Positions 47,656 to 55,189 of a stretch of DNA of 55,189 bases are shown piece after piece. Position numbers and translations under genes: made by a program. Position 1 is the first letter of the stretch. Every line of letters begins with the position of its first letter. Below the pieces are notes generated by a model. The model had not been told where the DNA came from, did not search any database, and saw nothing but the letters and a program-made list of their open reading frames with translations. This stretch comes from a virus (Duplodnaviria; Caudoviricetes). The DNA is taken from IMG/VR virus record IMGVR_UViG_3300048851_000215, positions 1-55,189 of that record; one strand, 5' to 3'.

Positions 47656-48056
47656 TGCCCACCGAGTACCTCGCGCCACTGCTCACCTTCCTCGGGACCG
47701 TGCTCGTGGCAATCATCGTCGGCGCATTCGCGGTGTTCAACCGTCGGCGGGGAGCCCTCGAGGCGAAAATCCCCACGGTGGCCGAGATCTGGCGCCAGCA
47801 GGTTGACCAGGAGACGCGATTCAATCTGAAGATCAAGGAAGTCTCCGACAAGGCCGACATCGCCAAGAAGGAAGCCGAGGACTCGAAGAAGGATCGGGAC
47901 ACATACAAGACCGCGTTTGTCGGTCTGCGCACGGTCTTCCTCGCGTTCGTCGAACGGGTCCAGAGTGGCGGTTCCCTCGAACTCACTACGGCCGAGCACC
48001 AAGCCCTCGAGCTCCCGGTCACCCGCGTGGAGGAGGACGACCTCGCGGGCTCGTGA
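47655..48056 (+). CDS. N-terminal TM plus coiled-coil protein (lysis cassette)
   Basis: TAGTG overlap; one TM then charged helix. Confidence 0.7.
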   Translation: MPTEYLAPLLTFLGTVLVAIIVGAFAVFNRRRGALEAKIPTVAEIWRQQVDQETRFNLKIKEVSDKADIAKKEAEDSKKDRDTYKTAFVGLRTVFLAFVERVQSGGSLELTTAEHQALELPVTRVEEDDLAGS

Positions 48057-48192
48057 GGAGTGAGCTCACCGGCCGACCTGATTCAGCCGGTCTGCGGCAA
48101 TCCCGTCTAACACCTAGCCGTCGCGCCTGCCAGCGACCCGACACCTCACTCGTCTCCTGCCAGTCCAGGCCCCTTCAAGATCGGAAATCAAC

Positions 48193-50613
48193 ATGGCGTT
48201 TCCCGAGTACGTGCACACCCGCGAGGTCCGTGTGGGCGGCGCCTCCATTCTTGAGTCGGGGCAGCAGGTCAAGGTCCGTCTCGCCCTCACCGCCAGCACG
48301 AGCTTGATCTGGGAGGCTACGGGGTTCCGGTTCGAGAAGGACGCCGTGCGGGCGGTCAGCAGTGCTGCCGGCGTGGGTGTCGTGCTCGAGCTTCCAGTCA
48401 CCGACCAGGGCGGGTGGCGCGACGCCGAGACCGGCGATCGCATCCTGGTAGACGTTCCCGACAGCTACACGCACAGCTACGTCGGCACGCTCACCATCAT
48501 GGACGAGACCGGTATGGCTCTCACAGATGTGATCCTCGGGCCGTTCGTTCTGCCTCTGGGAGATGGCTCTGTCGTCGACCTCGACCTGCTCCTACCCGTG
48601 GGCTCGCAAGTGGGTAAGACGGTGTTCGTGCCCGACTCGTGGTCGACGTTCGCTCCGGCTGCAGCTGCCAGCGCTGACCGTGCGGAAGAGTCAGCCGCCC
48701 AGGCTGGTACGTCGGCTTTCAATGCGGGCGCGTCTGCTGCTGCCGCGCAGTCGAGCGAGCAGGACGCGATCGCCGCCCGCAACACCGCTACCGCGGCTGC
48801 GGGATCGGCCGGCGCTTCCGCCGACGCAGCGGCCAACTCCGCTTCGCTTGCGCAGACAAGCCATGCCGCAGCCGCCGAGAGCGCAACCGCGGCCGACAGC
48901 TCGTCGACGTCGGCAAGCCAGTCGAAAGTGGATGCGGCAAATTCCGCGGCACAGGCCGCACTCCGCGCCACAGACGCGGCTGACGCCGCCGCGGACGCGG
49001 CCACGCAGCGAGGGCAGGCGCAGACGGCCCGCTCAGGGGCCGAGTCAGCACGGACCGGGGCGGAGACTGCCCAGACGGCCGCCGAGACCGCGCAGAGCGG
49101 CGCACAGACCGCGCGCACCGGTGCTGAGACCGCGCGCACGGGTGCGGAGACGGCACGCGACCTCGCACTAGCGGGGCAGTTCGCGGGAACATCCCTGCTG
49201 ACGCAAGATCTCAACGCAGTCACCACCCCCGGGGTCTACGTGCAGGGCACCTCCGCCGAGGCCACTCTCGCACGGAACTACCCCAAGGCCGGCGGCGGGC
49301 TCATTCTTGAAGTCTTCCGGATCGGTGCATCCATCCAGGTGATGCAACGAGCAGTCATTCTGTTCAACGCCAACCCGACTGCCGAGCGTGGCTACTACAC
49401 CCGCCGGCAGACCGCCGCGGGTGTGTGGTCGGCGTGGGCGTCCTTCTCGGCTCAGCGGATCGTCGTCGCTGCAGGTCAACCGGGCGTGCAAGTGCTCACT
49501 TGGGATGACGTCAACTCTCGCGAGCAGCAGATGCTCCCCACCGTGATCTCGATCAACGCGACGACCGATCTCAACGCGATCACCCTGCCGGGTCAGTACT
49601 ACCAGGCCACCGCGGCGGCCGACTCGCTAACCCGCAACTATCCCCTCGCCGGGGCGCTCGGTGTGCTCGAGGTGACCGCCACGACGAACACCTTACTTCA
49701 GGAGTTCACCCCGACATCCTCGGCTGACACGACGGCCGCCCGGTCGGTTTACCGGCGCCGCATGCTGGTGTCCACGAGCGCATGGTCGGCGTGGCGGGTC
49801 ATTCCGACGCAGCGCATCGTGAGCCCGGCCGGGCAGCCCGGAGCGAACGTCTTCACGTGGGACGAAGTGAACGCCCGCGAACAGGGCCTCATGCCCGTAG
49901 GCAACTCCCTGGGCACCGTGAACCTCGATCTCGTGACGGTCACTGGTATCTACTACCAGCCCACCGGGGCCGACGCCACACTGGCAAGGGCGTACCCCTC
50001 TGCTGGCTTCGCCGGCACGCTGGAAGTGTTCAACGACGGCGGCAACGGAATCGTCCAGCGCTTCACCGCTCGCGGTGGCGCCGCCGACCAGGGCGCCCGT
50101 GTCTTCTACGAGCGCCGCTTCCAGGGCTCCACCCCGTGGCAGCCGTGGCGGGCGTTCACCTCGCAGCGCGTCGACCAGACCGCCGGCCGTGCGATCTACA
50201 CGTGGGACGACGTGAACAACCGCGAGCAGCTGCTCTACGGGGACAGCGGATGGAGGGAGATCAACACCACAGTGACCAATGGTTGGGCGTGCGACAGCTT
50301 CAATATCCGGCGGATCGGCTCCGTGGTCGAATGCGCATTCCGAGGCTTCCGCGGTGCGGCGGCGACATCACCCACAGCGATGCCCGTACCGGTCGGGTTC
50401 CGACCCAACGGCAACCTCGCCCCCGTGGTGCAGTCGGCGTCCGGACCCTACTCCCACGCGCTGTTCTATGTCGGCGGCGGAGGGTGGACGATTCCACAAG
50501 CCGCGCCGGAGCTCGGCGCGGGGGGAGTCCGTGCGCTCGTCTCGTGGACGACGCCGGACCCCTGGCCCACCACCCTGCCCGGTGTCGCGGCCGGCGCCAT
50601 CCCCAACCTCTAA
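48193..50613 (+). CDS. Tail fibre protein with Ala-rich shaft and three knob-like repeats
   Basis: DLNAVTTPGVY / DLNAITLPGQY / NLDLVTVTGIY repeats each ending W..W...TWDxVNxREQ; PVGFRP C-terminal domain. Confidence 0.8.
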   Translation: MAFPEYVHTREVRVGGASILESGQQVKVRLALTASTSLIWEATGFRFEKDAVRAVSSAAGVGVVLELPVTDQGGWRDAETGDRILVDVPDSYTHSYVGTLTIMDETGMALTDVILGPFVLPLGDGSVVDLDLLLPVGSQVGKTVFVPDSWSTFAPAAAASADRAEESAAQAGTSAFNAGASAAAAQSSEQDAIAARNTATAAAGSAGASADAAANSASLAQTSHAAAAESATAADSSSTSASQSKVDAANSAAQAALRATDAADAAADAATQRGQAQTARSGAESARTGAETAQTAAETAQSGAQTARTGAETARTGAETARDLALAGQFAGTSLLTQDLNAVTTPGVYVQGTSAEATLARNYPKAGGGLILEVFRIGASIQVMQRAVILFNANPTAERGYYTRRQTAAGVWSAWASFSAQRIVVAAGQPGVQVLTWDDVNSREQQMLPTVISINATTDLNAITLPGQYYQATAAADSLTRNYPLAGALGVLEVTATTNTLLQEFTPTSSADTTAARSVYRRRMLVSTSAWSAWRVIPTQRIVSPAGQPGANVFTWDEVNAREQGLMPVGNSLGTVNLDLVTVTGIYYQPTGADATLARAYPSAGFAGTLEVFNDGGNGIVQRFTARGGAADQGARVFYERRFQGSTPWQPWRAFTSQRVDQTAGRAIYTWDDVNNREQLLYGDSGWREINTTVTNGWACDSFNIRRIGSVVECAFRGFRGAAATSPTAMPVPVGFRPNGNLAPVVQSASGPYSHALFYVGGGGWTIPQAAPELGAGGVRALVSWTTPDPWPTTLPGVAAGAIPNL
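49021..49160 (+). repeat. 21-bp-period coding repeat (A[RQ]TGAET heptads)
   Basis: ARSGAES-ARTGAET-AQTAAET-AQSGAQT-ARTGAET-ARTGAET. Confidence 0.8.
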
Positions 50614-50627
50614 TCAGCACGACCCTC

Positions 50628-50672
50628 AGAGCCCCCGGCTCGGCCACCCTCGGTCGAGCTGGGGGCTCTTTT
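50628..50672 (+). terminator. Intrinsic terminator ending late operon
   Basis: AGAGCCCCCGGCTCGGCC-loop-GGTCGAGCTGGGGGCTCT then TTT. Confidence 0.85.
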
Positions 50673-50680
50673 CGTCGTTC

Positions 50681-50896
50681 TCAGATGATGGTGCGGAGCG
50701 CGTCGACGGCATCCTCGGGCCGGCTGAACGCGCCGAGCGCGAACACCCGGTCCGTTTCCTCGAAGCTGTCCGCATGGGAGAGCCGGTAGCCGTCCCATTC
50801 GTGTTCGATTCTCCACGGCGTCTCGACGAGCACGCCTTCGATTTCCTGAACCACCCAGAAGTGATCGTCTTCGATGCCGCGAGCGAGGTAAAGCAT
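50681..50896 (-). CDS. Hypothetical protein
   Basis: 71 aa, tandem with upstream minus gene. Confidence 0.6.
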   Translation of the reverse strand: MLYLARGIEDDHFWVVQEIEGVLVETPWRIEHEWDGYRLSHADSFEETDRVFALGAFSRPEDAVDALRTII

Positions 50897-50901
50897 CCGA
50901 C

Positions 50902-51210
50902 TTACCTCGGCATGGGGGGTTCATCCATGAGACGCATCCCGGTGGGGGACTTGGCTGTCTCGAGGATCGCCTTCACCCATGCCTCGTTCACGCGAGGCGG
51001 TCGGCTGCCATGGAAGAGGAACCGGAGATCGCTCGTTGGGTTGATCCAGAGCGTCTCGCGGCCACCGCCGATGGCCGCCGAGTTCTCGAACGAGAAGGCA
51101 ACACTGTGCCCCGAGCGGAGCATGCTGAGGATTGCAATCTTCAGGTGCGCGAGCGCGCGATCGTCCACCTCGACCTGATACTCGCTACTGCCATAATAGA
51201 TGTACCCCAC
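50902..51210 (-). CDS. Small conserved protein of a type I associate with Microbacteriaceae
   Basis: MG..YYG...DDRALAHL...GR.TLWI.P...L.F.F pattern, from recall. Confidence 0.65.
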   Translation of the reverse strand: MGYIYYGSSEYQVEVDDRALAHLKIAILSMLRSGHSVAFSFENSAAIGGGRETLWINPTSDLRFLFHGSRPPRVNEAWVKAILETAKSPTGMRLMDEPPMPR

Positions 51211-51288
51211 CGCATCAGCTTAGGGCTGCCCCCTGGTCAAGCCACACCCACCTAACAGCCCCCCCGTGGCTCGGGGGCTCTTGGCCGA

Positions 51289-51468
51289 TCACATCGGATT
51301 GTTCTCCTGGTCACGAACCGCATGGTCCTCGGAGCAGTACACGATGGACTTCAGGATGCGGAAGCCTTCACCCGGGGGTACGGGGGCACCACATTCGACG
51401 CAACGATCACGTCGTTTCACCTTCGGTGCTTTGGTCGGGCGATCCAACTTCGGATCTTGATCTAGCAA
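51289..51468 (-). CDS. Small zinc-finger protein
   Basis: GGAGG RBS, TTG start; CVECG...YCSEDH. Confidence 0.55.
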   Translation of the reverse strand: MLDQDPKLDRPTKAPKVKRRDRCVECGAPVPPGEGFRILKSIVYCSEDHAVRDQENNPM

Positions 51469-51650
51469 GTTGTTCCTCCGTGCCAGCCCAGGTCGGGTCA
51501 GACCGCGCACTCGGACGACAGTACTCTCTATCGACAGGTGTCGAGACCCCCACTGCGGGGGAGGACGGGTGTAGAAGACCCCTTTGGTGTGATGAGATAG
51601 ATCCCGCGCGGTCTTGCGCTTCGTGCTCGATGAAGGACTCGGCCGCACCT

Positions 51651-53711
51651 ATGACCAATGGCAGTCCCGCCGCGGCTCCTCCGCGGCAAAGAATGATGCA
51701 GATCGAAGGCCTCCGGGCCGTCGCCGCATTGTTAGTGGCGGTCTTCCACATCTGGATCGGGCGCGTCTCCGGAAGTGTAGACGTGTTCTTCGTCGTCGCC
51801 GGCTACCTCATCACCACCACACTCCTCGGCCACTACGCCAAGTTCGGGCGAGTGCGGGCCCGTTACTATCTGGGCCGCCTCGCCCGCCGGCTCCTCCCCG
51901 CCTCGCTCGTCGTGCTTGCCGTCGTAGCCGCCGCGACATTCGTGTTCCTCCCCTCGAACGTGTGGCTGCCGACCATGCGCCAGATACTCGCCTCCGCGCT
52001 GTACTCGGAGAATTGGCTGCTCGCCGCAGAGTCGATCGACTATCTCGCGAAGGACGCGTTCCACAGCCCGGTGCAGAACTTCTGGGCCATGTCGGTGCAG
52101 GGGCAGTTCTACATCATCTGGCTCGTCGTCTTCGCCGTGATCGGCCTCGTGACGGTCGCCGCCCGCAACCGCACCAAGACGGTGCTCGTCACCCTTCTTG
52201 CCCTGTTCGGTGTCTCGCTGATCTACTCGGTCATCAGCACCAACACCGACCAGGCATTCGCGTACTACAGCACCTTCGCTCGCGTGTGGGAATTCGCGCT
52301 CGGAGGCATCGGCGCCATCATCATTCCGAAGTTGCGGATACCCCAGATGCTCCGCTCCGTGCTCGGGTGGATCGGCCTGCTCGGCGTGCTGACCTGCGGG
52401 TTTCTGCTCCAGGTGTCGCAGGTTTTCCCCGGCTACGCCGCGCTCTGGCCGACACTCTCTGCACTGCTTGTGATCGTCGGTGGCACCGGAGGCGGACCCT
52501 TCACGGCAGGACGTCTCCTCGCAACCCGGCCGCTCGTGTGGCTCGGCGGCATCTCCTACGGCATCTATCTCTGGCACTGGCCGATCCTGATCTTCGTCCT
52601 CCAGCACCGAAAGGGAGAGACACCCTCACTCGAGTGGGGCGTGCTCATAATTGGCGCGGCGATCGTGCTCGCCTGGCTAACGAAACTGTTCGTCGAGGAC
52701 CCGATAATTCGCCGCTCCCAGGCGGCCACGCCCCGGGCCCGCCGCGTCGCTACAGTCGTCCCCGTCGCCGCGCTCGTCGTCGTCGTGATGGGGTCCTCAT
52801 CCCTGATCGGCATCACCCAGGCAAAGCTCGACGCGGACCAGGCCTACGCGGACACCATCACTTCTGGTGCCGTGCCGTGCCTCGGAGCCGCATCCACCGC
52901 GGCTCCCTGCGTGAATGACGATCTTCCGTCGCCTCCGATCCCGCTCGACCCACGCGAGGACAACGCGGAACCGAACGACTACCGGTGCCGCACCGACCCC
53001 GACGACACCGACCTGAAGAAGTGCACCTACGGGCCCGAGGACGCCGACACCTCCGTCGTGCTCATCGGCAACTCCCACGCGATCAACTGGTTCCCCGCCC
53101 TCCAGAGTCTCACCGAGGACCGCGGATGGAAGCTCGACGTCTACTTCAAGGCTGCGTGTGCGTTCAACACCACCGACCGCAGCGGCCCAGCCGACGAGGT
53201 CGAGTCGTGCCGGGTGTGGAACGAGAAGCTCGAGAACGAGCTCGCACGCCTGCCGGCCTACGACTACATGCTGTCGTCGTACTCCGCCGGCGGCGAGCAG
53301 TTTGTGAACGCCGAAGGGCAAGTAGACCCAGACCTCGGCGTCGTGGGCTTCCGTGAGGCATGGGAACCGCTGCTCGACCGGGGGACAACCGTGTGGGCCA
53401 TGCAGGACACGCCCCTGCTGCCGCAGACCGCGTACGACTGCTACTTGCGCAACCTCGAGAACTCCGAATCGTGCGGGACAGTTGCGGCCGCTGATGTGTT
53501 CCAGTCTCGCGACCTCATCGTCGAAGCAGCAACCGATCTGCCCGGCGCCGAGGCGATCAACATGAACCAGTACTTCTGCCCCGACGACGAGTGCGTACTC
53601 TCGGCGGGAGGCGTGAACATCTACCGCGACACGAGCCACTTCACGTCCACGTGGTCGCTAACACTTGCCCCGTATCTGGAAGAGAAGCTGAAACTATCCA
53701 CCTTTGGGTGA
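51651..53711 (+). CDS. Acyltransferase-3/SGNH fusion (OafA/OatA-like O-acyltransferase); start uncertain (51630 or 51651)
   Basis: IEGLRAVA, VDVFFVVAGYLIT, RRLLP, WAMSVQGQFY, SYGIYLWHWP; GNSHA and DTSH. Confidence 0.92.
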   Translation: MTNGSPAAAPPRQRMMQIEGLRAVAALLVAVFHIWIGRVSGSVDVFFVVAGYLITTTLLGHYAKFGRVRARYYLGRLARRLLPASLVVLAVVAAATFVFLPSNVWLPTMRQILASALYSENWLLAAESIDYLAKDAFHSPVQNFWAMSVQGQFYIIWLVVFAVIGLVTVAARNRTKTVLVTLLALFGVSLIYSVISTNTDQAFAYYSTFARVWEFALGGIGAIIIPKLRIPQMLRSVLGWIGLLGVLTCGFLLQVSQVFPGYAALWPTLSALLVIVGGTGGGPFTAGRLLATRPLVWLGGISYGIYLWHWPILIFVLQHRKGETPSLEWGVLIIGAAIVLAWLTKLFVEDPIIRRSQAATPRARRVATVVPVAALVVVVMGSSSLIGITQAKLDADQAYADTITSGAVPCLGAASTAAPCVNDDLPSPPIPLDPREDNAEPNDYRCRTDPDDTDLKKCTYGPEDADTSVVLIGNSHAINWFPALQSLTEDRGWKLDVYFKAACAFNTTDRSGPADEVESCRVWNEKLENELARLPAYDYMLSSYSAGGEQFVNAEGQVDPDLGVVGFREAWEPLLDRGTTVWAMQDTPLLPQTAYDCYLRNLENSESCGTVAAADVFQSRDLIVEAATDLPGAEAINMNQYFCPDDECVLSAGGVNIYRDTSHFTSTWSLTLAPYLEEKLKLSTFG

Positions 53712-53744
53712 GTCAAAAGTCCATCGCTACCCCCTCGCCTGTGC

Positions 53745-54044
53745 CTACATTCCGTCGCCGCGGTAGGTGTTGTTAAGCACGGCCGGCACGGAGGCATGGA
53801 GGGCGGCCCGGTGACAGGCCATGGCGGCGTCCTCGAGCTCGCGGTAGTAGCCGTCGCCGAGGAGCCGGCGCCGCTTCGGGTCGTCGTGCCAGGTGACTGT
53901 CCGCCACCTCGACGTCGGTTCGCCCTCAAGCTGCACGTTCACCCATCGGATGATCGCGAACGGCTCCTTCGTCCCGGGCTTCGGGAAGATGAACTCCATA
54001 GGCAGCAAAGACTGCACGGGGCGGAAGTCGGTGGCGGTCGGCAA
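53745..54044 (-). CDS. Hypothetical protein
   Basis: GAGGAG RBS, TTG start. Confidence 0.55.
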   Translation of the reverse strand: MPTATDFRPVQSLLPMEFIFPKPGTKEPFAIIRWVNVQLEGEPTSRWRTVTWHDDPKRRRLLGDGYYRELEDAAMACHRAALHASVPAVLNNTYRGDGM

Positions 54045-54132
54045 CGGGGTGCTCCTCTCGAGTGTGGGGAGCGCGCCGGCCCGCGCGTGATGATCGTAGA
54101 CAGGACCACCGACGACACGCCAAACCAGACGC

Positions 54133-54591
54133 CTACCGAAGCGCGGTCGCGATCCCGCTGTCCCTCCGAGCCTCGACGCTTGCCCGGGTCAGCACGATCG
54201 CATTCCCTACCCGCTGCGACTGCAGCTTGTGGTCGTCGACCAGCTGCTGCACGCGGGTGCGACTCACCCCGAGGACTTCAGCCGCTTCGCTCACGCTCAG
54301 CAGGTCCGGGATCGTCTGGAAGCCCTGGCGTGCGTCGAACTCCGCCTCCGGCATCATCTGGATGGCGATGACGGCAACTCCGGGGAGCGCGGCGTTCGCG
54401 AGCGCGAGTGCCGTCTGTGTGGCCTGCGGCAGCGACTCTGCCGGCAGGCTGATCTGCACGCTGAGCCATCCGCGCGGGGAGGGCCCGGCCGCGGGGTGGT
54501 AGTCGGCCAGCTTTTCCGTGAGTGCGATGTAGTCGTCGGGGTTCGCCGTGGTGGTGTCGAACTCGATGTCTGCGCTGTAGAAGTTCATCAT
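54133..54591 (-). CDS. HicB-like antitoxin with C-terminal HTH
   Basis: LLSVSEAAEVLGVSRTRVQQL; downstream of HicA-like gene. Confidence 0.65.
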   Translation of the reverse strand: MMNFYSADIEFDTTTANPDDYIALTEKLADYHPAAGPSPRGWLSVQISLPAESLPQATQTALALANAALPGVAVIAIQMMPEAEFDARQGFQTIPDLLSVSEAAEVLGVSRTRVQQLVDDHKLQSQRVGNAIVLTRASVEARRDSGIATALR

Positions 54592-54613
54592 TTCCCTTTC
54601 TAGGATGGGACCC

Positions 54614-54646
54614 GGAGCCGGGGACAATTCGTCTGTCCCCGGCTCC
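54614..54646. other. 13-bp hairpin between toxin and antitoxin genes
   Basis: GGAGCCGGGGACA-7 nt-TGTCCCCGGCTCC. Confidence 0.65.
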
Positions 54647-54653
54647 TTTGTGG

Positions 54654-54857
54654 CTACCTGTTCGGCGGCCACCTGAAGCCGAACCGCCTCGCTTTCGCGA
54701 TGCCGTTCTTCATCGCCCGCCAGTCGCTCGGCGTTCCGGAGAACGTCACGACGACGGCTCCGTTCTTGAACACCATCACGTGCTGGCGAGCGGTGATCTC
54801 GACCTCAAAGCCCTGTGCTTCGAGAGCTTTGATCAGCTTCTTCAGATCCTTATCCAT
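54654..54857 (-). CDS. HicA-like toxin
   Basis: GGAGG RBS; LIKALEAQGFEV...QH...TPSDWR; basic 67 aa. Confidence 0.7.
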   Translation of the reverse strand: MDKDLKKLIKALEAQGFEVEITARQHVMVFKNGAVVVTFSGTPSDWRAMKNGIAKARRFGFRWPPNR

Positions 54858-54869
54858 GTTGTCACCTCC

Positions 54870-54919
54870 CTTGTTGTTTGACAAGAAAGAGACTATCACA
54901 CCCCTTGTCAATCAACAAG
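54870..54919 (-). promoter_or_regulatory. Operator pair flanking the TA promoter
   Basis: CTTGTTGTTTGACAAG and CTTGTCAATCAACAAG (inverted, 15/16 match); minus-strand TTGTTG-17 bp-TAGTCT. Confidence 0.75.
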
Positions 54920-54985
54920 TGCACTACAGCACAGGGACGCGAGCAAGGGCTATTTCTGACGGCGAACACGCACCGAACGGGCGGG

Positions 54986-55189
54986 CTACGGTGTCGGCTT
55001 CTTCGTTTCCGCGGCGGCTTCTTTCACCGCATCAAGAAGCCACGGGTGAAGCTTCCATTGTCCCTGAGCGTCCTTCTTGTAGAGCACGTCTTCGATACCG
55101 CGCCGAACGCCGCTCTTGATGATCGCGCTCAGGATCAGTGCCCCTACGACGAACATGACGATCTGGACGATGATGAATCCTGCATCCAT
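54986..55189 (-). CDS. Small single-pass membrane protein
   Basis: N-terminal TM; at window edge. Confidence 0.55.
   Translation of the reverse strand: MDAGFIIVQIVMFVVGALILSAIIKSGVRRGIEDVLYKKDAQGQWKLHPWLLDAVKEAAAETKKPTP

Larger units (their letters stand above)
1..55189. mobile_element. Temperate siphovirus-type prophage spanning essentially the whole window; boundaries not determined
   Basis: Ordered integrase-immunity-replication-packaging-head-tail-lysis modules; long tape measure gene, no sheath gene. Confidence 0.95.

Noticed and set aside
49021-50240. Fibre repeats as CRISPR array or DGR template/variable repeats
   Set aside because: In-frame degenerate coding repeats; no spacers, cas genes or reverse transcriptase seen
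51132-51629. N-terminal extension of the acyltransferase ORF
   Set aside because: Non-family sequence overlapping two minus-strand genes

Overview
The window is a near-complete, high-GC temperate siphovirus-type prophage, probably from an actinobacterium (Microbacteriaceae-like; inferred from gene content). Left to right: tyrosine integrase, ImmA-like protease and repressor (minus strand) divergent from cro; recombination/replication genes; a second early block (12.4-22 kb) with an SNF2-methyltransferase fusion, a C5 methyltransferase and nucleotide/RNA-end enzymes; terminase, portal, head genes, a tRNA-Gln, tail genes with a predicted -1 frameshift, lysis genes, a tail fibre, and right-arm cargo (OafA-like acyltransferase, HicAB-like pair). 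The most notable unexplained signals are a ubiquitin-like (Multi_ubiq-type) domain on a head-module protein, a CAGGC-loop hairpin before three late genes, and a duplicated ~57 bp operator/promoter cassette. All calls come from reading motifs and synteny by eye; no database searches were run, many starts were re-chosen by hand, and att sites were not found.
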